64,000 nt of DNA from Chrysomallon squamiferum (GCA_012295275.1 CM022672.1:18476001-18540000), one strand, 5' to 3'; counted from the stretch's first letter, positions 29,033-43,468 are shown. Notes: generated by a model from the sequence alone, not told the origin. Translations and numbers: made by a program.

Positions 29033-29489
29033 TTGTGTTGGTTGTGTTGATTTTTAACGAGTTATATTAATTAGGATAAATTTACCGGCACCGGAGTTGT
29101 TGTAGACAAATCCCGGTTGACGATTTCATTAGAATCTCGTAGCGCAAGTTTCGTCAATATTCTAGTAAATGGACTCAGATGTTTAATTCAGTTTAGGGAC
29201 GCGAGTCTTGTTTTTAAAAACGGCGGGGACCGTGTGTTTTATGTCGGGTTTAGTTTAAAGAACGTTATTTTCGTTTTCCGCCTGTGAGGACAGGAGTTCG
29301 TTAGTTTGAATGTGATTATGAGAGATCAATTTTTTAACCGTGTTTCTAGTGCAGTTATTTTTGTATCATGAAATGGATGTTGGAAACAAAAGTACAACCG
29401 AAAATAAGTAAATGAATATAAACTGAAACGAAACAGCAGTGAATGTCTTTTTTTCTTTTTATTTATTTTTTCTTAGATATATGAGAATA

Positions 29490-29532
<43 letters not shown>

Positions 29533-31339
29533 TAAACATAGCAATAATGACCAGTGTAGTTAATAGATATATATTTTTTATATTAATTGTCCTGGGAATA
29601 AGCTACAAAAGTACGTTTATAAATAAATATAAATATATATATATATATATTTATTTTCATTCCGATATCTCTGTAATCTAATCCAGAATTCATATATTGT
29701 ATGTATAAAACAGTTAATGGAAATCTCTGACAACAACATCATATGAATAAAACAAATTAATTTTTCTCGATACATACTGAAAACCTGATGAAAATATTAT
29801 GGCACTTGCAAGCTTTGTAATGTGCTGAATCCTGCAGTAAAAAGAAATTAAGTCTTCAAACGTATTGATTTGTTACTTAAGGTTCGTTCATACGAGACGA
29901 TGTGAAAACCCAACAAAAAAAACAACATTGCTATATTTTATACTGAAAACGGTAATTACTGACATGATGGAGATTAAGCTATTAATTACAGCTGTCGTAG
30001 TAGTTGTTGTTGCTGTTTTTCTTTGTTCTTGCTGTCTTTCTTATTTGTTGTTATTCGATATTTTTGACATTTTTTAAAAAAAAAAAAAAAAAAATTTTTT
30101 TTGTTGTTATTTGTTCCTAGTAATTAAATATAAAATGTTTAATTCGAAAAATATTTGTCGTGTGGTCTGTAATTTTATCATAAACAACAACAAACATAAC
30201 AGACACCACCACATCAACGATAACAACAACAACAACAGCAACAAACCACAAACGACTGCTAGGTAGATTTCGAACTCTTGGTATGTTTTCTTCATTATAC
30301 TGTTAACTGAGTGATTTAACACAAAGCGAGAAAAACACTTTATTTAACAGACTAACTATTCAGAACTAACAGGTAACGGAGAGCCCGTGTAATGTAATTA
30401 ATCGGTACATCTTTCCAGTCGTTTGATAACCAGATAACGAAGTCGGTGTAGAGTGGTAATCTACGACAGTTCTAAACATAGACGTAGATGATGATGATGA
30501 TGATAGCCGCTGTGATGACGGCGATGTATGGGTGTTTACTGGACTCGTATCAGGTCTGGTGAGTTTGGCGGAATATTTATTTATCTCCCGACAATGTTTT
30601 ATTACAAAATAACACAAAGTCGAAAGAAGTCTGTAGCAGGGATATTTAATACAAAATGGGAATGAACACACACACTCGCACATTCACACACACACACACA
30701 CACGCATATACACATATGTACATACACATACAAATAAACACTCACATGCACGTACACATACCAGTACGTCTACTAGATAAGAGTAGTTTTAATTGTTTTG
30801 CTTATTTTTCATTTATGTAGCTAAAGTGTTTTGTGAATCTAGGTTTTACTCTTTTTTGCTTTTTTTTTTTTTTTTTATCAAATAAAAAACATTGGTATCT
30901 TATCACTGATTTTAACCTCATCGTTTACAAGACCAGAAAAAAAATAAGTTTTTTTTTTTCTTTTTTTGCTTTTCTTTTTCTTTTTCATTTTCATTCATTC
31001 TATATATATATAGACGTTCAGTCATTTTACAGCAGAATTTGGCTACATAAAACGGTCTGAATTAGCTGTTGTGAAAACTGTCGAATTCAAAATGACCTCT
31101 TCAGAAAATTACAAGAACAATGACAACTAAATAAAACAAAACAACATAAAACAAGAATCAAAAATCACCAACAACAACAACAAAAAAAAGAAATGTTGTT
31201 ATCCAATTACACAAAAGACCGAGAGTGGTTGTTGTAGTAAACGCTTTGTCGTGTTAACGTCATTCTTTATCAGTGCGATTCCGCTCATGCGATTAGTTTT
31301 GAAATCACGTAATGTAGCTCTGGGTGCCTGCCACGTGCA

Positions 31340-31750
31340 GATGTTTATACACTTAGCGCGTGCTGCGAGTGATTAACCAATTACAAAAGAGAGAGTTATG
31401 AAACGGCCCTTTCCATTGGATGATTACAGAGACATTTTTATTGCTATAAAAATGCCTTGTTATTATTCAATTTTTTTTTTTTTTTTTATCTCTGAGAAAA
31501 ACTGTCTGACAGCGCGTTCTATGACCAATTAACCAATTACAAAAGAGAGAGTTATGAAACAATTGGATAATTACGGAAACGATTTGCTGTTTTAAATTGC
31601 TAGTTATTATAGTTTTATCAGAAGAAAAAATACTGTTGACATTTTCACGTCTTCGATGTTTATACACACAGCGCGTGCTGAAAACGATTAACCAGAAATA
31701 AAAACGAGTGTTATGAGATGGTTCTTTCTATTGGATAATTATTCTAACGG
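31340..31750. repeat. Degenerate ~157-bp triplication
   Basis: 33 bp identical at 31372-31404 and 31528-31560; GATGTTTATACAC..AGCGCGTGCTG at 31340 and 31655. Confidence 0.88.
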
Positions 31751-31880
31751 TTTATTTAAGGACTTGTGTTATTGTTGTTGTTGTTATTAAGGCACACAAT
31801 TAAGACATCTATACTAAGATCACAAATGTTATACACGACATTTTACTGAATTATTATAATAATCAATAACTTACAGAACT

Positions 31881-31902
31881 TAGATAGATAGATAGATCGA
31901 TT

Positions 31903-31959
<57 letters not shown>
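31881..31959. repeat. (GATA)n microsatellite
   Basis: Directly visible. Confidence 0.95.
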
Positions 31960-31960
<1 letters not shown>

Positions 31961-33083
31961 AAGACAGATATTTCACATACTGAATTATTTTATAATGTAG
32001 ATATCATTTCACAATTCATTCGCTTTTTTTATTGTTACCAGACTTTGTAGCAGATTGTTTACATAATGTTCTGTCAGTCAGAAACTGCACATATCGCTTA
32101 CCTCTATCGCTTTCTATCAAGAACTAATTAATGGGACTCAAAACGTCATCTTATCTTTCTATCTAACATACCAGCAACGTTCAGTATTGGAGAGTCGGCC
32201 CTGGCTCTTAAACTATGTGCTCATGACATGCTTGCTTGAACCTTCAGTGGAAATAAATCATAATATTAATCCATATGTCAGCTATTGACGTCATTCCTGT
32301 TATTAAAATATGCACTATATGTTTCTTTTCCGCTCTTAGTCAAATTCAATTTTCTGTGATATATATATATATATATATATACGTATCCTTGTTGGGAAAA
32401 AATCCAGACGATCTGAAATACTGGAGGTTATTTTTGGGCTAAATATAATGAGAGAAAAAAAAAGTACAGACTGAACAAAATGAGAAAAATAATTATGTAA
32501 TAAAAAAGAAGACAAAATCCCCCCAAAGCACCAATAAAAAAACACACACTTGCATTTAATATTTAGAATATTGTCTTTGCAAATAAGACTTTATTTGGCA
32601 TTGATTCAAATTTCAGTTTGCAACTGTGTTTCTCAAAAAATTCTGATTCTTTTTTTAACTTTTATTCTTCAAATATATTTAAATGCGTATGTTTGTGTAT
32701 GTATATACATATATAATAATTGTTATTAATGTATAAAGAATATCAATACACTAAGTTTCTTTCATTTTTTTCTTCTTTTTTTTTTATACTAGACTGCTTT
32801 TGAAAGACTAAAAAAGCCCAGTAAAAACATTTTTCTTTTCATGTTGTAGCTGATATATTTGTATAGTATTTTTGCCAAATTAAAATAATTTTTTTCTCTG
32901 TAAATCACTGTTTCAAAACAAGAATGAGGGTAAGAATCCTGCACGCAATTAACGTCTTCATTATTCCATTTAGTATTTCAAAACAGAGATTAGCACTGGC
33001 TTCCTGTATCCAGTAAACCTCCTGATTTATTACTCAGTCTTTCAAAACAGAGACTCTCTATAAATACCTTGCTAAATATTTAC

Positions 33084-33132
<49 letters not shown>

Positions 33133-33559
33133 GAAAAAAAAAAAAAAAAAAAAACGAAACGAAAGAAAATGTTCCTCTGTTTCCAGAAAAAAGTCTAGAA
33201 AAATCAAGAAAATACATTAACATGTTAAGCTATCGCTTGCTACATTTTGAAAACCCGTGCAGTTGAGGATGTTGAGATGACTGCAATTTCACAACAGACT
33301 CGGAGAAGTGACGTAAAAGGATTTAGCAATAACACAAGAACACACTAACAACGTACATCGACTTTTCAAAACGGCACTTTCTCAGCTTTTAAAGGTTATT
33401 GCTGTCTGTAACTGTCTGACGTAACGGTCGACGTAATGCGAGGGTATCTGGTTTTCAGACGTGTGGGAAAAAATAACGAGAAATCAACGATGTCAGGCAA
33501 ACGTTTTTTTATGTACAGTGGTGATTCGAGGCCAAAAAAAGCCACTTCTTTGACTATAT

Positions 33560-33641
33560 GGTGCACGCTTTTAAATAAGCAATAAAGAATCTTTAATATG
33601 CACCTTCTCAGAGAATGTAAAGAAGCACATAACCACGACCT
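33560..33641 (-). mobile_element. SINE family A, old internal fragment
   Basis: TTTTAAATAAGCAATAAAGAATCTTTAATATGCACCTTCTCAGAGA aligns with the core at 43244-43290. Confidence 0.55.
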
Positions 33642-35080
33642 AAGATAAATAATGATGATAAATTAGTTGTGAAATATTTAAAGTGATAGGAAATTTGATA
33701 TTAATTTCAGCATTAATTCTTTTATATCTGATATGTACTATTTTTATTAAAAAATCTAATACCGGCTCTTGGTTGAAAAAAAAAAATTATTAACCAATAT
33801 TTTTGTTTTTATTTATTTATCTTTTTCTACAAATGTACTGGAATAGAATGAAAAATAAAAATGACCACGTTATCAGTTAACGTAACTTTTAATACTACAA
33901 AGACAATACTTTCCTTTGTAAAAATGCCTTTAGTTCTCGTTCTCTGAAACGATGCAGTTGGTACGCATTTGCAAAATATCGTTACTTCCAGCATGTTTTT
34001 GCCATCTGTCCTCTTAAATATCGTAGATGTTGTCTGCAAACAGAACTTATCACAGTTTACGACCCAATAACACAAAACTCGAGTTAAGATTTACATTATT
34101 ATCACCGCTCGCGTCAAACTTTTATCAAAACACCTTGAACTTAGAGGTTACTGGATGGATCGCACACGAACATAAAACATATTTCACATTCCTAGATATA
34201 AATGTGCTGTTTGGAGAAAACCTTCACCTGACTGGAACATGCTGCAGCTCATTGATTTTAGAGTGTTAGATCGAGAAGTACTAGGTCACGAGATCAGTCC
34301 TTCCCTTTTCGCCATTGGTTATTTCCCGTTCCAGATATTTGGCAAAACTATCATTTGTAAATATGATGATAGTTATGTAAACAACAATAATAAAATCAAT
34401 TACAACAATGACAGTAACAAGAACAACAACTACAGTAATAATACCACTATGTAGAAGTCCAGACCCCCCACAAAATAAAATTACATCAGCGACAGCAGCA
34501 ATAACATAATAACAAATATATCAACAACAACATATGCATCAGTAGCAACAACAACAACAATAATAACAATAACAACAACAATAATTTGAATTCTTGTTAT
34601 TAAAAGTGACGAATTTCATTCAGTTCAAATGTTATGTATTTCAGTATTTGCAGCGAGGACAACGTCTCTGTTCTAAATATAAATATCTTTAAGACAGAAA
34701 TCGTGTCTTTCTGATCCGTTCGGTCTCTGGATGCAGTATTAATATCGTACGTATGTGACTTTAAAACAGACCTCTTGACGCCAGGCAACAGCAGAATTAC
34801 TGAGGACAATCCGGAATTTGTCTCGTATTAGAATTATTCTGCAAAGTATTGGTACCTAATTCCAGAAGTAATTACAGCCTTGTTACGCATGTTTTCTCTG
34901 ACTTATTCAGCGCCATGAATGTTACGAGAGGACAGAGAGAGAGAGAAAATATTAAACAGTCACTGCACGAACGTCACAAACACAACACTATCGATCAGTT
35001 TGAAGGAAATAGAAAACCACATAGGAATCAAGATATTAAAAGGTTTCAGAACGCCGGAAGAATATGAAATGTCTTTGTGT

Positions 35081-35193
<113 letters not shown>

Positions 35194-35877
35194 CTGTATG
35201 TCTGTGGGTTTATTTTTATATTTATTTGTGTTTTAACTTGTGTATATAATTGTGTTTGTTTTTCTGTCATGTCAAAAACAAAAAAAAAAAAAAAAAGAAA
35301 AGAAAGAAAGAAAGAAAGAAGGTAGATATAGAAAAATGAAAGAAATGAGAAAAATTATTTTTATTCGGTATTAAAAATGTTGTAACTCTAAAACGGTTTT
35401 ATCACTTATTTTCATATAAATTACTTACAGACTCAAATATTCGCTTATCGTCACTGACTTAATCTGTTTCTGTAACATCTGACTGTCTATCTCTTTGTCT
35501 GTCCATCTGTCAAGTATGTATGTGTTAGCTGCACGGTATACAGACATTAATATAACCTGGAATAGACCAGTAAGCATGGATTTCATTTACTCTGGTGATT
35601 AATAGAATAGATGCAAAATGACTCTAATCTGTTCTGATATTCAAATATGAATTACATGTTCACGTCATGAAACCTTATCTGCCTATATTCCAACAGAAAA
35701 GCAGCAAATATTAATGACATTAATATAGATCTGAGAGCTTTACTCGTGAATTATGCTCTGTCTTCATTATCTACGGTCTCTTGAGTTATGTACTGCATAT
35801 ATTTGTTCAGTTTTTCTGGAGAAAGAAAAGAGATATAAATATATTTTTGATATTTACTAATGCTGCTGCTTCTGTAG

Positions 35878-35884
35878 CTACTAT

Positions 35885-35964
<80 letters not shown>

Positions 35965-35968
35965 ATAC

Positions 35969-36000
<32 letters not shown>

Positions 36001-36050
36001 TTAATAATAATAATAATAATATTACTACTACTACTGCTACTGCAACTACT
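35878..36050. repeat. (ACT)n/(AAT)n microsatellite
   Basis: Directly visible. Confidence 0.95.
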
Positions 36051-36346
36051 GTCATTATCATTTTATTTATTTGTTTGTTTTGTTTATCTATGTGTTGTTT
36101 GTTTGTTTGTTTGTTTGTTTATTTATTTGGTTGTTATCTGATATTTAACGACGTTCATAAAATGTCTGAAGAACTGCATTCATCATCTGGACACTTTGGA
36201 AACGCTGGATTTTTCCTCATTTAATCATCACTTCTCTGGCTCTGCCTCTCAGAATGCATTTCGAAGCATTTGTACAACTTCTCATAACTTGTAAATAGCT
36301 TCACATAATGGGCCCGAATGACAGCGAAAATTGAATCTTTATATTC

Positions 36347-36712
36347 AATTATTTGCTGTTCGCTGTGGTATATCGAACGCGACTAAAGACCCGGTCATAC
36401 TGAACGACTTCGTATTAAATTATTTGCTGTTCGCTGTGGTATATCGAACGTGACTAAAGGCCCGGTCATACTGAACGACTTCGTATTAAATTATTTGCTG
36501 TTCGCTGTGGTATATCGAACGTGACTAAAGGCCCGGTCATACTGAACGACTTCGTATTAAATTATTTGCTGTCAGCTGTAGTACATCGAACGTGACTAAA
36601 GGCTCGGTCATACAGAACGACTTCGTACTAAATTAATTGCAGTCCGCTGCAGTAGACGGAATATGACTAAAGGTTTATTCATACAGAACGACTTCGTATT
36701 AAGTTATTCGCT
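36347..36712. repeat. 71-bp tandem minisatellite, ~5 copies
   Basis: Units start at 36347, 36418, 36489, 36560, 36631 (AATTATTTGCTGTTCGCTGTGGTATATCGAACGTGACTAAAGGCCCGGTCATACTGAACGACTTCGTATTA). The first three are near-identical. Confidence 0.96.
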
Positions 36713-36801
36713 TCCCGCTCTGGCTGCAATAATATATCGAAAATATCAAAAAGTTTGTTTATTCTTAGCTATTTGTTATCAAGTGAAATATATTGATACT
36801 G

Positions 36802-36919
<118 letters not shown>

Positions 36920-37215
36920 AATAATAGATTAAACAGTTCTAATAAACAATTAATTTACGCTCTTATAACGTAGCTAAACAGCAAAATAAAATGTTGCTGG
37001 ATGTCTGTAATTTCGTTTCTAATAAACAGATTAATATCAAATGAGCCTTCTGCATCTTAATGACACTATGGTAATATTAATTCAACAGAATATAGGAATT
37101 TTCACTGTATTTTAAATCATTTTATAATTATTTATTAATTGTTTCCTTTTTTCTTTTTATCAGCTGCTGATCTCTATAATTGAGAATTTCTTTTTTTTTT
37201 TAGTTATTTCATTGT

Positions 37216-37246
<31 letters not shown>

Positions 37247-37966
37247 TCTATTTATCTATTTATTTATTTATTTATTTATTTATTTTATTTTATAATTTTT
37301 TTATTTTTTTCTTCTTCCCATTTTCTAAGTTTAAACATTCATAATACGTCGCAAGAACTCAGCAACAACTATTGACACGTGGTTGAGAACAAATTGATTT
37401 GCACGAGTATTAACAATACGTACGACTGACGCTAGACGCAGATGTTTGACGCATTTGATATTAACAGTTGTTATTCACGCACCATCATCTTTGCAGCTGC
37501 ATTCAGCATTTCCTTTTGAAAAGCCAGTAACTCTGTGTCATAATTCATAGATCGAGATTTCATAGCCTTGCCCTCCATTCTTATTTCTTTTTTTTTTTTT
37601 TTTTTTTTTCCCGAGAATGTCCTATGATTGAATGGGCCAGCCCGAGTATCGATGTTAACAAAAACAGATCGATAGTTCATATCCCGGGCACTTGTTTTTA
37701 ATTGACAAGCAACTAATTAGCAAACGGCAAGAAGGAAAGCAGGAATATTTTTCAAATTCGAGAATCGATCAGGAAATCTTGTGCAGATGGGCTTTTGTAC
37801 GTGATTAGGTTACGGTTTAATTTCGCTGAAAAAGAAACACGTTGAGTTATTGCCATATGAATTTTAACATAATACAGAAACTCAGTGTTCTTAACAGAAT
37901 TCGAACCCTGACAGTTCTTCTTCTCTCTCACCCTGTCTTTGTCTGTCTGTCTGTTTCTCATTCTTG

Positions 37967-38028
37967 TATGTGTGTGTGTGTATGTATGTATGTATGTATG
38001 TATGTATGTATGTATGTATGTATGTATG

Positions 38029-38059
<31 letters not shown>

Positions 38060-38183
38060 GTAGTTTAGGATTTTGAATATTCTCTGTCTTATGTACGTCT
38101 GAAAAGACTGCACATAAACAATATTCGGGAACGCATTGGCACAAGAGGACAAGACCCATTTAAGACCTCATAAACCCGTCTGA

Positions 38184-38186
<3 letters not shown>
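37967..38186 (-). mobile_element. SINE family B, 5'-truncated copy with (CATA)n tail
   Basis: Reverse complement of 38058-38186 aligns with 56934-57056 (TGTCCTC..GCCA.TGCGTTCCC.AATATTGT.TATGTGCAG..TTCAGACG.ACATAAG.CAGAGA..TTCAAAATCC). Tail reads (TATG)n on + at 37967-38057. Confidence 0.8.
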
Positions 38187-38218
<32 letters not shown>

Positions 38219-38701
38219 GTCTATCTATCTATCTCTCTATAGAGCTATCTAGCTATGTGATAGATAGATGATAGATAGATATTTCATACAATATAGCAAA
38301 GTACTATATAACTAAACAAAAACAAACCATGTTCATCATTTTCGTATCACCATCATCACTATTTATTATTATTATTTTTTTTTTATGTTGTTGTTGTTGT
38401 TGTTGCTAATGAGACGAATGCATATCGACTTGAAAATATCATTCAAATATGATTACTTTTTCACTCAAAGAGAAATCTGAGAAAACACATTACGGTTGAA
38501 GTTCTTCTGTCACTGAGTGTAATTATTGTGAACACTTCAGTATTTCTATGGCGGTGCAGTAACCGTTGATATTAATTCACTATGAAATGTCAGTGCTCCA
38601 ACAAAACGTCCTTGAATTAAATGCTTTCAGACATGCAATTCACAAAGGATGGTCGTACGTCATCGATTTTACCTCAGTATGCTTTGTTTCCCTACCGGAT
38701 T

Positions 38702-38714
38702 TGACCTTTGACCT
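38702..38714 (-). promoter_or_regulatory. Perfect DR1 nuclear-receptor element (AGGTCA-A-AGGTCA)
   Basis: TGACCTTTGACCT on + strand. Confidence 0.4.
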
Positions 38715-39522
38715 CTCGGAATACTTTTTATCTCGTATTACAATTTAACCGTTTTCCAAACGCTTCATCATATTTTCACTTTTGTTAATAACTTTTATGA
38801 AACGGGACAAAATGAATTAACGAATGAACAAACTCACAAACAAATGAAAGAATAAAACAATTATTCATAGTCGACAGCTGAAGTCAATATTAACGGTTAT
38901 TACGAGTCAAACATACCCGCTGGCGCCAGTGCAATGTCTACCCATATCAACAAGTAATTCATTTAAATGCACGTTCCCTAGACACACAAAAAAAAACACA
39001 CATAAAACTGGAATATTCACAAGCACGCATAAACTCACAATTAACTCTACGGCTACAAAGTTTCAATCCAATTTAAAACTTTATGATTAGGTAAAACGAA
39101 AAAAAAAAAAATAATAATAATAATAAAAGAATAAAGACCTCATGAATAGACGACATTTTTTCCACATTAGAGGATTTCAACAAAATTCTTATTTTTCAAA
39201 GATAGAGCACGTTGACACCTTTACTGTATGTTCTTTACTTAACGATATCATAGAAATCTACTGAGTCTGGCTTCTGTTTTCAACACGATATTATATCAAA
39301 GTTACAGGAGACTGACAGATCTGGTGATGTTACAGGTCTTGAGTTAGTCATGGTTAAAAACTGAAATGAAGAAAGATCCAGACACTAACAATCTTAATTC
39401 AGATTTATTTATGTCAGATGAGTGGGTACAAATTTGATAATCTATTTAAGTGTGGATTGATGTCAAGAATCGAAACCGAAAGCCTAGAGTAATAATTCAG
39501 AATCGTATGTTCATCAGACCTG

Positions 39523-39540
39523 CAACATTATTAGCTTCAT

Positions 39541-39575
<35 letters not shown>

Positions 39576-39750
39576 TGTGCAACAATATTAGATTTATTAT
39601 CTACATGAAAGCAGGCTGATATCGGGAAGCGAACTCTGTACCCACAGTGCAATATATAAACATCGCTGGCACAACAACAATATTAGCTTCATTATCCATA
39701 TCTAAAAGCAGCTGACATCAAAATGCGATCTCCGCTTCCGATACAGCGTT
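39523..39750. repeat. Old ~95-bp degenerate duplication
   Basis: AACAATATTAG.TT.ATTATC...AAAGCAG.CTGA.ATC...GCGA.CTC at 39581 and 39676; partial copy at 39523. Confidence 0.7.
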
Positions 39751-40187
39751 AATTAAATTCAGTGCATTCATCTACTAGTTTAATCAGCTTCGTTGTCTAC
39801 TTATTGTCGAATGCTGTACTTCAATACTTTTGATATCGCTTTCTTCTCCAATAACGTAGAGAGAAATAAAGCGCTTGGCTTTTTCTGGCCGCCGAGTAAT
39901 AATACAATTATTAGTTAATGAATCACTACGTTCTGTTTGCTTTTGACATGCAACAGCGGAGCAAGGAAGGACCTGCCAATGTTGAGCTGGCCGGTAAAAA
40001 CTTAATTAGCAAAACGTCTGTCGGACTGTCCAAAAGTCTGTCAGTCCTTAGGAGCTTGTTATAACCAGATTTAAGGTCGTTAGATTGGCGTGCGTGAACT
40101 GAGTGAATTCGCAAATTTTTTTACCCGCTCTTGTTTTTGGGGGATGTTTATAAGCCATCGTATACCATTATATCTGATCCTATAACA

Positions 40188-40218
<31 letters not shown>

Positions 40219-40699
40219 GACGTTATCGCGATCAGACATCTTAGGCTCCTTGATTACAGGGCGAAGACAGGTAATCTTCAAACAACAGTAGCAGCATTAG
40301 CAGTAGTAATATGGCTTTATACGAACTAGAAGAATACAACCGAAAAATGTGTCACAGTAATACAGGGTTCTTCAGTGCTGGATTCATATTTCAGAAATAC
40401 ACGTTACTGGTAATATCTAACGTAATGCCACTAATCTAATATATATATATATTTTTAAAATATTTTTAAAAAGCAAACATGCTGGATAATATTTCACAGA
40501 TTCAGAGCCTTCTTTTGCCGAAAGGCAGATCGAAAATTTCAGTGATCTTAAGAGATAAATATACAATCGATCATTGTCATAAATCGGCTGTTTACCAGCA
40601 CTGCATGTGTTAAGACAAACTCATGATGAACGATAGGTTTGATGAAATATTCTGTCACTGATTAATCAGCAGGGATAATTACTGCCTTGATAAAAACCT

Positions 40700-40736
<37 letters not shown>

Positions 40737-40774
40737 GTGTATATGTACGTGTTTGTGTGCATACATCTAATTAA

Positions 40775-40902
<128 letters not shown>

Positions 40903-41091
40903 TACTGTAAATTAGTTTCAAATCGCTTGCTAGAAAATTGTTTCATACGAAATCTGTACGAACATACTAATACTAACACTACTACTAATTATAATAATAC
41001 TGCTTATATTATTATTTAATAATTTAATTCATGTAGTCTTTAAACGAAATCTTTATGAACGTAATAAAATAATATACTACTACTACTACTG

Positions 41092-41123
<32 letters not shown>

Positions 41124-41151
41124 GCTTCTACTACTAATGCTACTAATACTG

Positions 41152-41205
<54 letters not shown>

Positions 41206-41763
41206 TTGGAGGAACCGAAACATTATATAAGTCATCAGTAAACCGAAGAGAACAGAACGCAACAAATGAATGCTAACTGTACTACAGAGAAGTTTCGTGT
41301 TAGCAAAATACTAAGAAAATGTACAAGTTATGACGATATTAAACAACTATGTAAGAAAGATCATTGAACTCATAAAGTCATACAGCTGTAAAGAAACGAT
41401 AAGATGTGTAATAATATGCGACTAGCGTAAAGAGTATTTTTGGAAAATTAATTTCACAGACCAGAGGAAGGAAAGAAAATAAAAATTCCACTGGAAAAAA
41501 AGGATTTTCGGATTTTCAAATTTGGTCAGAACAAAAAACACTTTCATTTAACAAATTTAGTTCCTGATGAAAATGATAAACGCCGATTTTTACAACATGC
41601 AAAATATTTGAGAACGTACAAGAGGAATATCATCGTTGTAATAAAGATAATAATAGCAATGATGTCGATGGTGATGATGATGATGATGATGATGATGACA
41701 ATATTATTTTTATTATTTTAGTTGTTGCTTCTTTTGTTGTTGATCATGTTCTTCTTCTTCTTC

Positions 41764-41804
<41 letters not shown>

Positions 41805-41808
41805 AATA

Positions 41809-41862
<54 letters not shown>

Positions 41863-42594
41863 TGTTATTATTATTATTTGCAATATCTCTTGTCCACTAG
41901 CAAGGAAACGTTCTGCTACAAAATATTCACTAACTAACAATGCGAAGATAATTTCATTACTTAAGCACAAAACCTTGTATCAGTGATGCTATTAATATGC
42001 ATGGCTTGATAAACGGTGGTCGCTGCTTGATTCAATAATGGCTTATTAAGTTTATATAAAATCGGTAATGACAATTATGCGAATCCAGAACAGGAAGGCT
42101 GAGGCGTGCTGGCATTACGAGTCGTTGGTTATTTTGGTAAATATTATGACCCGAGAGCTTTTGACAAAAGAACTGGGTAGACAAAGATAACGACTTATCT
42201 ACCGAGGGTTTTCCGCGGATAGCCTCGTTCCCCGTTTGATTCGTCGCTCGTAACTCGGAATTAATCGGACAGATCCGTTACCTTCCGTCTTCTCGGTAAT
42301 TCAGTTTTAATGTGTGTTTCATTCTCGCTAATGTAATTGGACGAACTAGGACAGGCTTTGGTTACAAAAATCAATTGTTGACATTGGCGACGTTCTGTTG
42401 ATCGTCACTGATACAGGTTATTGTAATGAAACTGATAAATAGTGCAAAGTATAGTTTGCTAAGTCGTTCAAGCCCTCTATCGAGTTTTCTCATTTAGGCA
42501 CCAGGTTTTAATTAGAAGGTGATACGTTATAATGATGAAAGATCAAGGGGAATATCGAAGAATGTAATGTGTTAACTTTTGATATGCATTGTGT

Positions 42595-42670
<76 letters not shown>

Positions 42671-42717
42671 CGGAAATTAATTTCAAATCGCTTGCTAGAA
42701 AATTTTCTGTGAAGTTA

Positions 42718-43009
42718 TAATCTTCTTTAACCTTATTTCTTTATACTTGAAAAAACAACAAAACAACAACAATAAAGTGAAATATTAAAACAGAGATAAA
42801 ATCAATATAATAGAAGTTCACAGCTCTTGGGAGCCTATTCTTGATAACATTTTTATTTATTTATTTATTTATTTAAGCCATATCTAATCCTATTAATCTT
42901 CTTTAACCTTATTTCTTCAGACTGTACAAGAGATAAATAAAGTGAAATATTAAATCAGTGATAAAATCGATATATAGTTCATAGCTCTGGGGAGTCTATA
43001 CTTGATAAT
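42718..43009. repeat. Direct duplication, period 176 bp
   Basis: TAATCTTCTTTAACCTTATTTCTT at 42718 and 42894; both copies continue AATAAAGTGAAATATTAAA..CAG.GATAAAATC...AGCTCT.GGGAG.CTAT.CTTGATAA. Confidence 0.9.
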
Positions 43010-43097
43010 ACTGGACTTCGTAATTGGACGAAAATTGATCGTAATTTAACCACGCAAGTTCAAATGCGTCCGTTTCTCCAAAATGTTCGTACAAGAC

Positions 43098-43468
43098 AAA
43101 GAAACAGAGAAATATTTTATTTGACGCCGCATTCAGTATATTTCTAATATTACAACTTTTATTGCTGTCACACGGATGATGAGAGGGAGGAGATGGAGAC
43201 AAAGAGACAGGAAAGTCGTTGGCGACATACGACAGGCTACTCATTTTCGATTAGCAGCAAAAGGTATTTTATATGCACCTTCCCATAGACATAAGAAAGT
43301 AAATACCGTGGTCTTTGGTAGAACAAAACCTCTTTACTAGCTGAGTCAGGAAACAATCAGGATGAGAGAAGAGAAGGGTTGATCTCGAGACCCATCACGC
43401 CTCAACGTGAGAAATAACAACATGTACACCTTTCTTAGAACGTCACAGACCGAGCTATATCAGTTGCT
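43098..43468 (-). mobile_element. SINE family A (Nin/Deu-domain-like), near full length and degenerate
   Basis: Core GGCTACTCATTTTCGATTAGCAGCAAAAGGTATTTTATATGCACCTTCCCATAGAC matches 19968-20016. The tail end GAAATATTTTATTTGACGCCGCA parallels GAAATGTTGTATTTAATAACGCA. Confidence 0.8.

Noticed and set aside
30419-30564. Possible exon (TTTCCAG| ... CTG|GTGAGT)
   Set aside because: Weak pyrimidine tract, all frames closed and no further support.
36347-36712. CRISPR-like array (also 1-435 and 45155-45650)
   Set aside because: Head-to-tail units without unique spacers, no cas genes, eukaryotic context.
42176-42227. Two adjacent small hairpins
   Set aside because: Stems of 5-6 bp are expected by chance in GC-richer islands.
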